A stretch of DNA of 64,000 bases from Laetmonice hystrix (lineage: Eukaryota): contig OZ249436.1 of NCBI GenBank assembly GCA_965235115.1, positions 15,564,001 to 15,628,000 of the forward strand, read 5' to 3'. The translations under genes were made by a program, and so were the position numbers. Below, in pieces: positions 35,070-45,920 of this stretch. The notes under the pieces are model-generated. The model made no database searches. It was not told the origin of the DNA and was given only the letters and a program-made list of their open reading frames with translations. Position 1 is the stretch's first letter, and each line of letters begins with the position of its first letter.

Positions 35070-36675
35070 CTCAGCCGACTCTAGGGTTATCATTTTGTAG
35101 TGTGTCTACGATAAGAGGTTTGGGGCTGACTCAGCCGACTCTAGGGTTATCATTTTGTAGTGTGTCTACGACAAGAGGTTTGGGACTGACTCAGCCGACT
35201 CTAGGGTTATCATTTTGTAGTGTGTCTACGACAAGAGGTTTGGGACTGACTCAGCCGACTCTAGGGTTATCATTTTGTAGTGTGTCTACGACAAGAGGTT
35301 TGGGACTGACTCAGCCGACTCTAGGGTTATCATTTTGTAGTGTGTCTACGATAAGAGGTTTGGGGCTGACTCAGCCGACTCTAGGGTTATCATTTTGTAG
35401 TGTGTCTACGACAAGAGGTTTGGGGCTGACTCAGCCGACTCTAGGGTTATCATTTTGTAGTGTGTCTACGACAAGAGGTTTGGGACTGACTCAGCCGACT
35501 CTAGGGTTATCATTTTGTAGTGTGTCTACGACAAGAGGTTTGGGGCTGACTCAGCCGACTCTAGGTTATCATTTTGTAGTCTACGACAAGAGGTTTGGGA
35601 CTGACTCAGCCGACTCTAGGGTTATCATTTTGTAGTGTGTCTACGACAAGAGGTTTGGGACTGACTCAGCCGACTCTAGGGTTATCATTTTGTAGTGTGT
35701 CTACGATAAGAGGTTTGGGACTGACTCAGCCGACTCTAGGGTTATCATTTTGTAGTGTGTCTACGACAAGAGGTTTGGGACTGACTCAGCCGACTCTAGG
35801 GTTATCATTTTGTAGTGTGTCTACGACAAGAGGTTTGGGACTGACTCAGCCGACTCTAGGGTTATCATTTTGTAGTGTGTCTACGACAAGAGGTTTGGGG
35901 CTGACTCAGCCGACTCTAGGGTTATCATTTTGTAGTGTGTCTACGACAAGAGGTTTGGGGCTGACTCAGCCGACTCTAGGGTTATCATTTTGTAGTGTGT
36001 CTACGACAAGAGGTTTGGGACTGACTCAGCCGACTCTAGGGTTATCATTTTGTAGTGTGTCTACGACAAGAGGTTTGGGGCTGACTCAGCCGACTCTAGG
36101 GTTATCATTTTGTAGTGTGTCTACGACAAGAGGTTTGGGACTGACTCAGCCGACTCTAGGGTTATCATTTTGTAGTGTGTCTACGACAAGAGGTTTGGGG
36201 CTGACTCAGCCGACTCTAGGGTTATCATTTTGTAGTGTGTCTACGACAAGAGGTTTGGGACTGACTCAGCCGACTCTAGGGTTATCATTTTGTAGTGTGT
36301 CTACGACAAGAGGTTTGGGACTGACTCAGCCGACTCTAGGGTTATCATTTTGTAGTGTGTCTACGACAAGAGGTTTGGGGCTGACTCAGCCGACTCTAGG
36401 GTTATCATTTTGTAGTGTGTCTACGACAAGAGGTTTGGGACTGACTCAGCCGACTCTAGGGTTATCATTTTGTAGTGTGTCTACGACAAGAGGTTTGGGA
36501 CTGACTCAGCCGACTCTAGGGTTATCATTTTGTAGTGTGTCTACGACAAGAGGTTTGGGGCTGACTCAGCCGACTCTAGGGTTATCATTTTGTAGTGTGT
36601 CTACGACAAGAGGTTTGGGGCTGACTCAGCCGACTCTAGGTTATCATTTTGTAGTGTGTCTACGACAAGAGGTTT
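35057..36675. repeat. Minisatellite, about 27 x 60 bp
   Basis: Unit ggtttgggRctgactcagccgactctagggttatcattttgtagtgtgtctacgaYaaga; small deletions in units 9 and 27. Confidence 0.97.
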
Positions 36676-37097
36676 TATACATGTTCATGCGGGAGTGGAA
36701 TTGGCGGGTGGGCACCATTCCCGTATATTTGGCCACGTGATACTTTCAAAATTCACAATATGTTTGAAAATAATGTGGGCTGAAAGATACTTTGAGGCAC
36801 AAATTTGTTCAAGATCTTAGACGTTTTCAGATTCTACGAAACGGCCGTTTGCAGTTATTCCATAGTTTTCGGTGCAAAACATGTACAGAAACCGCTGTTG
36901 TCTATAATTCTTATGTAGTTTATTTATTGTTTTTGTAAATGGTTCAGACTTTGAATCTATTCAAAAATAAAGGGGATTCCCCCCCCACTAAATACTCACC
37001 AAAGTCTTTATAAATATCAACGAAGAAACAACAATAAATAAAAAAAAACTTATTGAACAATCGTATACGAAGTTCCCTTCGACGGCCAAGTTTGTCC

Positions 37098-38345
37098 TTA
37101 CTCTCCAAGTCTGTGCAAAGTTTCCCGTACTACATGCTCTGTTAGAACGGACTGGAACCGAACGTCTATCCCTTTGTCGGTTCTGTGCGTGCCCAGGATA
37201 TGTCGCTTGGCCAGAAAGATTATGTCCTCCTCGGAGACGCCGGTACCCCGCTTGCCGACGCACAGAGTTGTCGTGCGCGCGTTTAGCAAGTCTCTGAGAG
37301 CTTTAATGGCGCCGGAACGCTTTAGGACGGGTGTCAGCTTCTCAAGTTCTTTAGCTTTGAGTCGTTCAGCGGTATGGTGATAAGGTATACCTTCTTCCCA
37401 GTCGCGTCGAAATTGCAAAAGATGTTGAATCCGTCCTCCAACCTGCGCCACGATTGTTTCCGCTTCGCCTTGAGTCATTGAATGGCGGGGAACACTTGGT
37501 TTGTTTCTTCCAACTCCGCCATGGTGGTACTGTGGGCGTTTAAGGAAATCAATGGCCTCCTCACACGACAGGTCACCAACGGTAAATGTGGAGTCAGCAC
37601 GCGACCAGGCACTTTGGTTGTCCCGGAAAGATCTCTCAACGCACTCCGCGTTGGTAATAAATACCAATTTCACGATGTTGGCGTCGGCCCAAAGTTTGGC
37701 CTTTTCTTGCATTCTGGCCATACCTTCAGGTAAATGTTTGGCAATATAATCAGCACTGTCGATGACAATAACGGCAGGTCGACCAGATTTCTTCATGTAG
37801 CGGTAACCGGCTTCTTCTATAGCATTGAGAACTCGCATCAATTTGTTATGTTCATCGTGATGTGGCATGGACTGTATCTTCAATATGCTGTCGAGAAAGA
37901 ACCGAAACCGGATGTGCTCGTCAAAAAAGAAGTTTGTAGCAGATGCTAGAGATTCAGCGAAGGTCTTTCCCTGAGTGGCGAGGACGTATACTGGGGCTCC
38001 TTGCCCTTGGGAGCCCTCTTCGGCAATTCGTTGACGAACCATTTCCAAGACAACCCGCGTCTTCCCGCAACCCACCTCGCCACTGATTAGATAATACTCA
38101 TTGCTGAAGGACGATGACAGCATCTTCTTAATGGAGGTTTCGAGATCCGGTCTTTTGAAATATATAATTTCAGCCTGGTTGTCGGCAAGTGGCGAAAGAA
38201 TGTTGCCAGATGCAAATGTATCCTCTATTCTTGGGAAGCGACTTTTGTCTTTGAATAAAACGTAACCTCCCGTTCCAAATACAGACAAGCCAGCACTCGT
38301 CGCCAAGCCTGACTTCAGCAGTAGTGCCAAACGTCCTATGGCCAT
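37098..38345 (-). CDS. P-loop NTPase (AAA_16/ATPase_2-like) with N-terminal targeting or hydrophobic segment, single coding exon, 415 aa
   Basis: Walker A GEVGCGKT, Walker B VIVIDS, sensor strand LVFIT, SAWSRA, VGDLSCEEAIDFL, VGGRIQHL. Likely 5'UTR intron 38352-38706 (GTGAGT donor, ttttag acceptor 6 nt before the ATG). Confidence 0.85.
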   Translation of the reverse strand: MAIGRLALLLKSGLATSAGLSVFGTGGYVLFKDKSRFPRIEDTFASGNILSPLADNQAEIIYFKRPDLETSIKKMLSSSFSNEYYLISGEVGCGKTRVVLEMVRQRIAEEGSQGQGAPVYVLATQGKTFAESLASATNFFFDEHIRFRFFLDSILKIQSMPHHDEHNKLMRVLNAIEEAGYRYMKKSGRPAVIVIDSADYIAKHLPEGMARMQEKAKLWADANIVKLVFITNAECVERSFRDNQSAWSRADSTFTVGDLSCEEAIDFLKRPQYHHGGVGRNKPSVPRHSMTQGEAETIVAQVGGRIQHLLQFRRDWEEGIPYHHTAERLKAKELEKLTPVLKRSGAIKALRDLLNARTTTLCVGKRGTGVSEEDIIFLAKRHILGTHRTDKGIDVRFQSVLTEHVVRETLHRLGE

Positions 38346-39286
38346 GCTGATCTAAAACAAATACAGACGCCAAGTTCAAATTGTCAGTGCAGATAAAAAC
38401 ACAGTTTCGACATGTAGGTCTACTTCATTAATATTTCAGTATAGGCCATGAGATGAGTCGATCTATCTTGTCTAGAAATAGGATTCCGTGACCCACCTCA
38501 GGGAAATAGGGGGAAATAGACTTTTCTGACTGAATTCAATGCGCTGAAAACGATGGTGAAGTTCCCCACTCGATAAATCTGGTCTAACATGGTCAAAATG
38601 ACCTAATTACATAATTATTGGATTAATTAACAATCTCGCTATGAGTACTAGACCCTTCCAGCCAACAGGTAGTTGTAGAAACCTTATCCTCAGAAAGAAT
38701 ACTCACCGCACTCTTTAGCAATGTTTCTCTGGCCATATGTATTGTCAAACTAACACTTCAGGAAATAGTTTTAATCGACCTAATCGACAAACTTTCCACC
38801 AGTCTGCGAGGTCGAGCGCATAGATGATATGTATACGTCTGGGATCATATCCTTTCATGAGGTCAGCTATAGGGATTGTGACCTGGCAGGCCCGTATAAT
38901 CCAATATTCGTTGACTTGCATAATAAGTCCTGTTCTAAAAGTAAGCCTCTATTGGCTGGTGCGGAACCATAAGAGCATGCACACAACGGCGTCGGACCGT
39001 GATTGCGTGGGTGTGTGTGGGGGGAGGGGGGGGGGGGGAGAGGGGTACATCTGACGGGCCCAACACCGCGAGGCCCACAGACGCGAAGCCTCTGGCGAGG
39101 TCTGGGACCTCCCCCATCCAAATATCAGGGCCGTAGATAGAAATCTTTAAGTTGCGGGGGTGGGGTTTGGGGAAAGGGGGGCACCCCCTGCTATATTGAC
39201 AAAAATATAGGTCCTTCGTTTGGAAGTCCCTGCCTTTGATTTTATGAAGACATTTAAGGAAAAACCCGAACAAGGCAGACTGTGCA

Positions 39287-39817
39287 GTGACCCACGAGTA
39301 GGCCTATAGTTATACTCCCACGTGTACTGACAGGGTGGTCAGTAAGTGACCCACGAGTAGGCCTATAGTTATACTCCCACGTGTACTGACAGGGTGGTCA
39401 GTAAGTGACCCACGAGTAGGCCTATAGTTATACTCCCACGTGTACTGACAGGGTGGTCAGTAAGTGACCCACGAGTAGGCCTATAGTTATACTCCCACGT
39501 GTACTGACAGGGTGGTCAGTAAGTGACCCACGAGTAGGCCTATAGTTATACTCCCACGTGTACTGACAGGGTGGTCAGTAAGTGACTCACGAGTAGGCCT
39601 ATAGTTATACTCCCACGTGTACTGACAGGGTGGTCAGTAAGTGACCCACGAGTAGGCCTATAGTTATACTCCCACGTGTACTGACAGGGTGGTCAGTAAG
39701 TGACCCACGAGTAGGCCTATAGTTATACTCCCACGTGTACTGACAGGGTGGTCAGTAAGTGACCCACGAGTAAGCCTATAGTTATACTCCCACGTGTACT
39801 GACAGGGTGGTCAGTAA
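39287..39817. repeat. Minisatellite, 9 x 59 bp
   Basis: Unit gtgacccacgagtaggcctatagttatactcccacgtgtactgacagggtggtcagtaa; two single-base variants. Confidence 0.97.
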
Positions 39818-39837
39818 CGAAACGTCTTCCAATCTCA

Positions 39838-40143
39838 GGGTTTGTTTCACGCGCGGGTTCCTTGAACTTGACCACGATCGCTGATCTGGCCGTTTGTTTT
39901 CGTCGGTTCACTGATCGGGATCCGGAACCCGCTGATCCTGCCTGTGAGGTGGGTCAGTCCAGGATCCAAAATGGCGGACGATCAGCTCAAAAGGAAAATG
40001 ATCGCGATCACTGACCTGGCCGTTTGTTTTCGCCGGTTCACTGAGAGTGAACCGGGTTGGGTGCAGTAGCGTTTGTTTGCGCGTGTAATTATTAGGTCAG
40101 TGATCGCGATCAGGGTCCGCGGAACCTGCGCGTGAAACAAACA
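39838..40143. mobile_element. MITE
   Basis: GGGTTTGTTTCACGCGCGGGTTCC ... GGAACCTGCGCGTGAAACAAACAC inverted termini, with an internal direct repeat. Confidence 0.65.
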
Positions 40144-40566
40144 CGCCCACACATACCTACGCGGGGACAAAGACGCGGTCTGTGCGCTACAGGATTCCAC
40201 ACATTCCAAGCCACGTATCGTGCAACTACCCGGTTCGTTTAATAGGTCTCTTTTATACTCGACTTTAATGCTTGGACATATAGGCCCTACCCTCCTGAGC
40301 ATTGTGTAATGTAGGGCCTATTATATGCGCATTCTATCTACCAGCCATTCATTGCTGCCTATCAAATATTGCAGTGACACAATACTGTAGGCTTAATATT
40401 TCATATCCTGTATTGTTTCATAGCCTGTAGCTATGATATATTGCTGACTGAAATATTGAAGTAGGCTATCGCATCAATGCATTATTTCATAGCCTGCATT
40501 ATTTTATAGACTGTAGCTATGAAATATTGCTGCCTATGAAAGGTTGCAACATTTCATGGCACACCA

Positions 40567-40738
40567 CAGTAGCGTACCCGGGGGGGGGGGGGGTGCTTAG
40601 GGTGCTCAAGCACCCCCTCAATTTGCCAATGTTTTGTTTGTTTGTTTTTTGGTGCGCTAGTTACCAATTTGCCTCGCCTACGACGTTGGTTATTTCCAGC
40701 ACCCCCCCCCCCGGGTCCAGTTTCTGGGTACGCCACTG
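40567..40738. mobile_element. CAGTGGCG-type short TIR element, copy 3 (inverted)
   Basis: CAGTAGCGTACCC ... GGGTACGCCACTG; similar to 12600-12793. Confidence 0.7.
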
Positions 40739-41391
40739 CACCGGCAGGTGACAGTCATGTCGGCGCTGCTGGGCTTACAGTCTGTTCGGCCTATCGTGGC
40801 ATGGTTGTTGACAGTCTCCAAAAGTTCTGTAATGCGTGGCAACGTGAACTTCAGCTTTTGTCGGTTGTGGACATAGATCTACTTACAGTGGGAGTATTAT
40901 GTAGGCCCGCAGATGCTATGTGACTAACAAGTTCGTTGCTGCGACTGAGACGGTTCGGGAAGTCAGGCGTCGTTTGGCGTGTGGCGTATTTCACCACAGT
41001 TACGAGGCCGTCGCCCATAAGCATTGCCATAGCACGCAGCGACGACCTGAATACAAATTTGCATATCTGTGTCAACAAGTATTGTTGAGACCTAAAATGA
41101 CAATATGTCGGGATGGGGAGTGGCGGATCCGGGGGGGTTGAGGGGGTTGGTGCAGGGGGTGCGCAACCCCCTCTCGCCCCAAGTGCCCTTTTCTCTTTCC
41201 CCAAAGAAAGATTTTAAAAATTTAAATGTCCAATTGTCTAGGCCTATTATAACTCTGAAGGCTGGTCTATATCGCGTATTTGGCACTGTGCTTTTAATTT
41301 TTTTCTGGGGGAGGGTTCCCAGACCCCCCATTTATGGCTTCACGCCTTCGGCGCTCGCATTATGGGGGCCACCCCCTTTACCAAATTCCTG

Positions 41392-41609
41392 GGGCGGGTT
41401 GCACTAACGGTCCTACGGGTTAGGACTGAATTTCGGACCAGTCCTAAATTCAACAGGGGCCATATCCATAATTTAAATGTAATTCGTCAACTTTTATATC
41501 TCAAGGGCAATTAAAACTCAGATAGATATGAAGTGCCTGGGGGGCGTGACACTCAGTAGGACTGGTCCTAAATTCAGTCCTAACCCGTAGGACCGTTAGT
41601 GCAACCTGC
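41392..41609. mobile_element. Harbinger-like MITE (GGGCGGGTTGCACTAAC TIR, CWG TSD), copy 1
   Basis: About 50-bp TIR; CTG flanks; near-identical inverted copy at 41747. Confidence 0.8.
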
Positions 41610-41746
41610 CTGCAGGATCCGCCCCTGACTGCCCCCACACTCAGAAATTTCTAACTACGGCCCTGTTGATGTGCATAGGTCTGGGGGGTGGGGGGTGAGA
41701 AAGTGCCCTTTTTCCATAGCACCCCTCCCCCGTCTTGAAAATCCTG

Positions 41747-41966
41747 GGGCGGGTTGCACTAACGGTCCTACGGGATAGGACTAAATTTAGGACCACTCCT
41801 ACTGAGTGTCATGCCCCCCAAGCACTTCATATCTATCTGAGTTTCAATAGCCCTTGAGATATAAAAGTTGACGAATTACATTTAAATTATGGATATTGGC
41901 CCGGGTTGAATGTAGGACTGGTCCTAAATTCAGTCCTAACCCGTAGGACCGTTAGTGCAACCCGCC
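41747..41966. mobile_element. Harbinger-like MITE, copy 2 (opposite orientation)
   Basis: ctg-GGGCGGGTTGCACTAACGGTCCTACGGG ... CCCGTAGGACCGTTAGTGCAACCCGCC-ctg. Confidence 0.8.
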
Positions 41967-42827
41967 CTGGATCCGTCCCTGATGGGGGTTAGGAATTTAA
42001 TCCCATGCAGGAAGCCAATTTTTCTTTTTTTTCCTCCATTGAACTTTCCGAATTGACCATGATAACCTCCCCCCCCAAAAAGCAAATTCTCATCCAAACG
42101 TTTTCTGAAGGTCTTGGCAACTCTAGAACAACAAAAAATAAAATAGCCTAAGTCTTTAAAAGGGTCATGGACACGAAATCCCCCCTAGAGCCTACATGTA
42201 ATTTTCATTGTCTACGCCAGGTTGTTTACTTTTAAGGCGCAGACTCTCAGAATATGATTCCACACAAACATTTAAATCTTCGGAGAAATCATCTGCAGTC
42301 GCTATGTTGAAGTACCTAGTCGGAAGAAGTATTTCGAATCATCCCGAAATTGGTCAACCGATTTGTGAATATAGCTGATTTCCCTCCGCAAATGTAGTTC
42401 CGAATATTTGATCAGGTATTTCTCTCGTACGATGAATGTCACTTGGTATAATCTCGGTTTGGGGATTTAGAGGTTAAATTTTACAGATACCATACAGGGC
42501 AGCGAACTTTGCAAAAACGGGGTTAAACGCGTGGGGGCCCGATTTTGCCCGTAAAAAGTCAGGTGTGGCAGAGGGGTAGTGGAGCGAGCCCCTCTGCGTT
42601 ATGGGAGATTGCACATAGCATCGACCAATAAGTCATGACAAGATTGCGAACCTGACTCCCCGTTTTAATGACATACACTTTATGTGTAGGACATAGCCTA
42701 CGCTACAGTAAACACCTCTCTTTTTAATGTATACGCCTACTCACTAAGTTCTCTAACGCCATGGTTCCTTAAGCCCATTATTACCATCTTGACGACGACC
42801 TGCAACATGCATTATTATGATGCTTAA

Positions 42828-43735
42828 TACCCCCGTCACACTTATTCGGAATCAGCAGGAATCAAGCAGAACCAGCCGGAATGAAGAATTCTCAAAATTC
42901 GCGCCACATTCGGGAGGTAATTTCAAATTGACCAAAATTCTTACAGCTTTGTAAGAATGGTGTTCGAATGCTTAGAATGCCCTTCGAACCCGCCTCGAAT
43001 GATTCTTGTACATTCCGGGTGTATTAGCTCGAATGCAGCTCGAATGTAGTTGGAACACAGTAGGAATATTTAGAATATTGTTAGAATGCAGTCAGAATAT
43101 TTAGAATGCACCTCGAATGCCATACGAGTGCGGTTCGATTGCTGCCCAAATACCGTCCGATGTCTGGTTGGAAGGTGCCTCGAATGCTGTACGAATTCAC
43201 CTCAAATGCCGTCAGAACGCTCCCGGAATGGCCGCCGAATATGGTTCGAACGTCCAAAAATTCAAACAGAATGCAGCTCGAACACTTAGAATGCACTTCG
43301 AATGTACTTAGAATATGTTCGAGTATAGATTCCGGCAGCAATCGAGATGCATTCGAGGTGCATTCCGGCTCATTCGAGGCGCATTCGGAACATTCTGGCA
43401 GGATTTGAAGTGGCTTGCCGTTTCGATTCTCCCTCGAATGCGATCGGAATGTTTCGAATGCTGTTGGAATGCCGTAAGATTATTTAGAATGCAGTCAGAG
43501 TGCATTTAGAATACACTTCGAATGCCGTTCGATATTTTTCCCCTTCGAATGCACCTCGAAAGTTTTGAGCATGAGCAAAACCTTCGGGGCGGCCACAAGA
43601 ATGGACCCGAATATTTGGAATGCAATCAGAATGCAGTCAGAACTTTTAGAATGCACTTCGAATATCCAGGAATATACCAAGAATTTTCATTCCGACAGCA
43701 TTCTGGCTCATTCCGCCTCTAGTGTGACTAGGGTA
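42828..43735. mobile_element. Non-autonomous PIF/Harbinger-like element with TAA TSD and (C)GAATG subrepeats
   Basis: taa-TACCCCCGTCACACT ... AGTGTGACTAGGGTA-taa; interior has dozens of TCGAATG/AGAATG motifs. Confidence 0.75.
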
Positions 43736-43938
43736 TAAGCAATAAAGCCTACCGAGTGGGGGCTGGTGTCTCTTTGGTCCCAACGGGAAGCAAATGGTGA
43801 AAGGTTGTGTCTCTATCTCCTGCATAGAGCTATTGGTTCGATATAATGGAATTAGCGCGACTCTAGGTTCCCCCCGGACCAATTAGGCTATAGAGAGCAG
43901 AAGATTTGTGGCTTTGTATTTATCAGTGGGGGATCCAG

Positions 43939-44074
43939 GGGCGGGTTGCACACTTCATATCTATCTGAGTTTCAATGGCCCTTGAGATATAAAAGTTGAC
44001 GAATACATTTAAATTATGGATATTCAGTCCTTAAATTCAGTCCTAACCCGTAGGACCGTTAGTGCAACCCGCCC
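43939..44074. mobile_element. Harbinger-like MITE, copy 3 (internally deleted)
   Basis: cag-GGGCGGGTTGCAC ... GTGCAACCCGCCC-cag, perfect CAG TSD. Confidence 0.8.
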
Positions 44075-44169
44075 CAGGCTTTTGATAAGGGGGAGGGGCA
44101 CCAGGGTTTTGATAAGGGGGCCCTCCTAAAAGATTTAGGCCCCTGCCCCGCTGGACCCCCCACTGATTT

Positions 44170-44383
44170 AGGGCCTGGGCACACTAAGCCGATTTACATC
44201 CGATCGGCCATCCGATTTTCTTAACTTCTGAAATTATTGGTAATTTGTGTCATCAAATCATTAAAGGACATTTAATTTGTAAAGATTAGATATATATTTT
44301 TCGTCGGACGCAAATATCAGATACATTTTATCATCAATCGGATGGCCGATCGGATGTAAATCGGCTTAGTGTGCGAGGGTCCT
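44170..44383. mobile_element. MITE
   Basis: GCACACTAAGCCGATTTACATCCGATCGGCCATCCGATT and its exact reverse complement at the other end. Confidence 0.75.
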
Positions 44384-45920
44384 AACACAACAAATCGTCA
44401 TGCACTTTTAAAGAGAACGAGAAACTCTAGACCTGATTGCCAAGCAATACAGGATCCCATTTCCCCAATCCTCCTGCTGGAGGAGTGAGAAAAGGATCGC
44501 AATATTTATCCTCCTTCAGGATGTTGGTGCGTGTAGCCTACCTGTCGTTGTTGCAAAGAAGCCCGGACCGGAAAGCCCCCCCCCCCCAATTTTCCTTTAA
44601 GGGCATCCCACAAGTAAATCCGGCCTTGCACCTGATAGGGCCTACTTACCTGTCCTATTTCCTAGCGCATAAAATTCAGAAATCCCGGGTAGGAGAGCAA
44701 TGGATGGAACAGCCATGTGACCGTCTGCAGGCCCGTATAGCCAGGGTGTCGGGGGTGGGGGGGTGGGTGTCGGGGGTGGGGGTGGAACGCCCCAGTTGCC
44801 CATCCCTAAGATTTTGTTCAGGTTACCATACCAAGCAGTTACCATAGGTGGCCAGCTAAGTGATTCCACATTGTTTGGAGATCAAATAAATTACTGTTTC
44901 CCGTCTTTAGAATGGGGGGGGGGGGGGGGGCAGAGTATCTTTTGCCCCCCCCCCACTTTTCACTCAGGAAACCTGAAATTTCAATATCTTTAGACAATTT
45001 TCGGCCACTTCGGAAATAGGACAGGTAATATAATTATAAAGACAAATACAAATAAAAACGACGAACGCAAATATAAACCACGAATATAATGGCCAACACC
45101 ACGTTTAAAACCACACTAGAAACCCCAAACCACAAATATAAATCGAAACCGGCGTATTCAAAAGCTAAACCATGTTTGCAAAAGCAGAAACGACGATTAC
45201 AAATAAGACACGACAAATACATATCGAAAATGATAAATTCAACCGTAGATATTTGTACATTTTGCATAAAAAATACTTTTCCCGCTAAACAAACTAAACA
45301 GGAATAAGGAAAAGAGGATGAACAAATTGGAGGAAAGACTTTTTTTGGGGGGGGGGGGGGCGTTATTCTCAGCATTTTTTTTTATTCCATAGGCACTAAT
45401 CAAATTGTAAAATTGTATAAATCTGTTGAGAAAAGAAAACGTTTTTGTTTATGATAATGCATTGAAGTCTTTTCGGAAGCCTTGATCGCTCTGAGACAAT
45501 TAGGCTTCGGGCCTGGGTTTACTAACAAGACACTTGTCTCTGCCCTGACCCAGGAGAAACGTGACGCTTCAACGTCAGGCCTGGTGTGTCTGAGCCGTCA
45601 ATGCCTAGTCAGCCCACAGGGGAGGTGGGGTGTCACTCCCACTGCATGTTCTTGTCAAGGCGCGGATCGGGTACATCGCCACCGCCGATCGCCCGCGTGA
45701 CTGCTGGCTGCACGTGTGGACCATCATGCATCCTCAAGCCGATTCCTGGCACTTCTGAAGTCAGTTGCCGAGTTGTGAATGTGTTTCTAGACACCAGACG
45801 CATTTTGATGGGTGTTGTTTAGGAAGTTGTTCATGCTTTTCATCGCTGTCGGCTTACAGAAAACTTGAATAGCACAGAACTTGAATAGAGTGAATTCTTT
45901 TACAGAGATTAGAATACAGA

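Noticed and set aside
35060..36740. 191-aa and 381-aa ORFs of repeated GLTQPTLGLSFCSVSTTRGL
   Set aside because: By-product of a stop-free frame in a 60-bp repeat; TTG starts, frameshifting deletions, no gene context.
2881..39817. The three tandem arrays as possible CRISPR arrays
   Set aside because: Units are contiguous and near-identical with no unique spacers; no cas genes; eukaryotic intron-containing context.
43081..43722. Overlapping short ORFs on both strands
   Set aside because: All lie within the GAATG-rich non-autonomous element 42828-43735.
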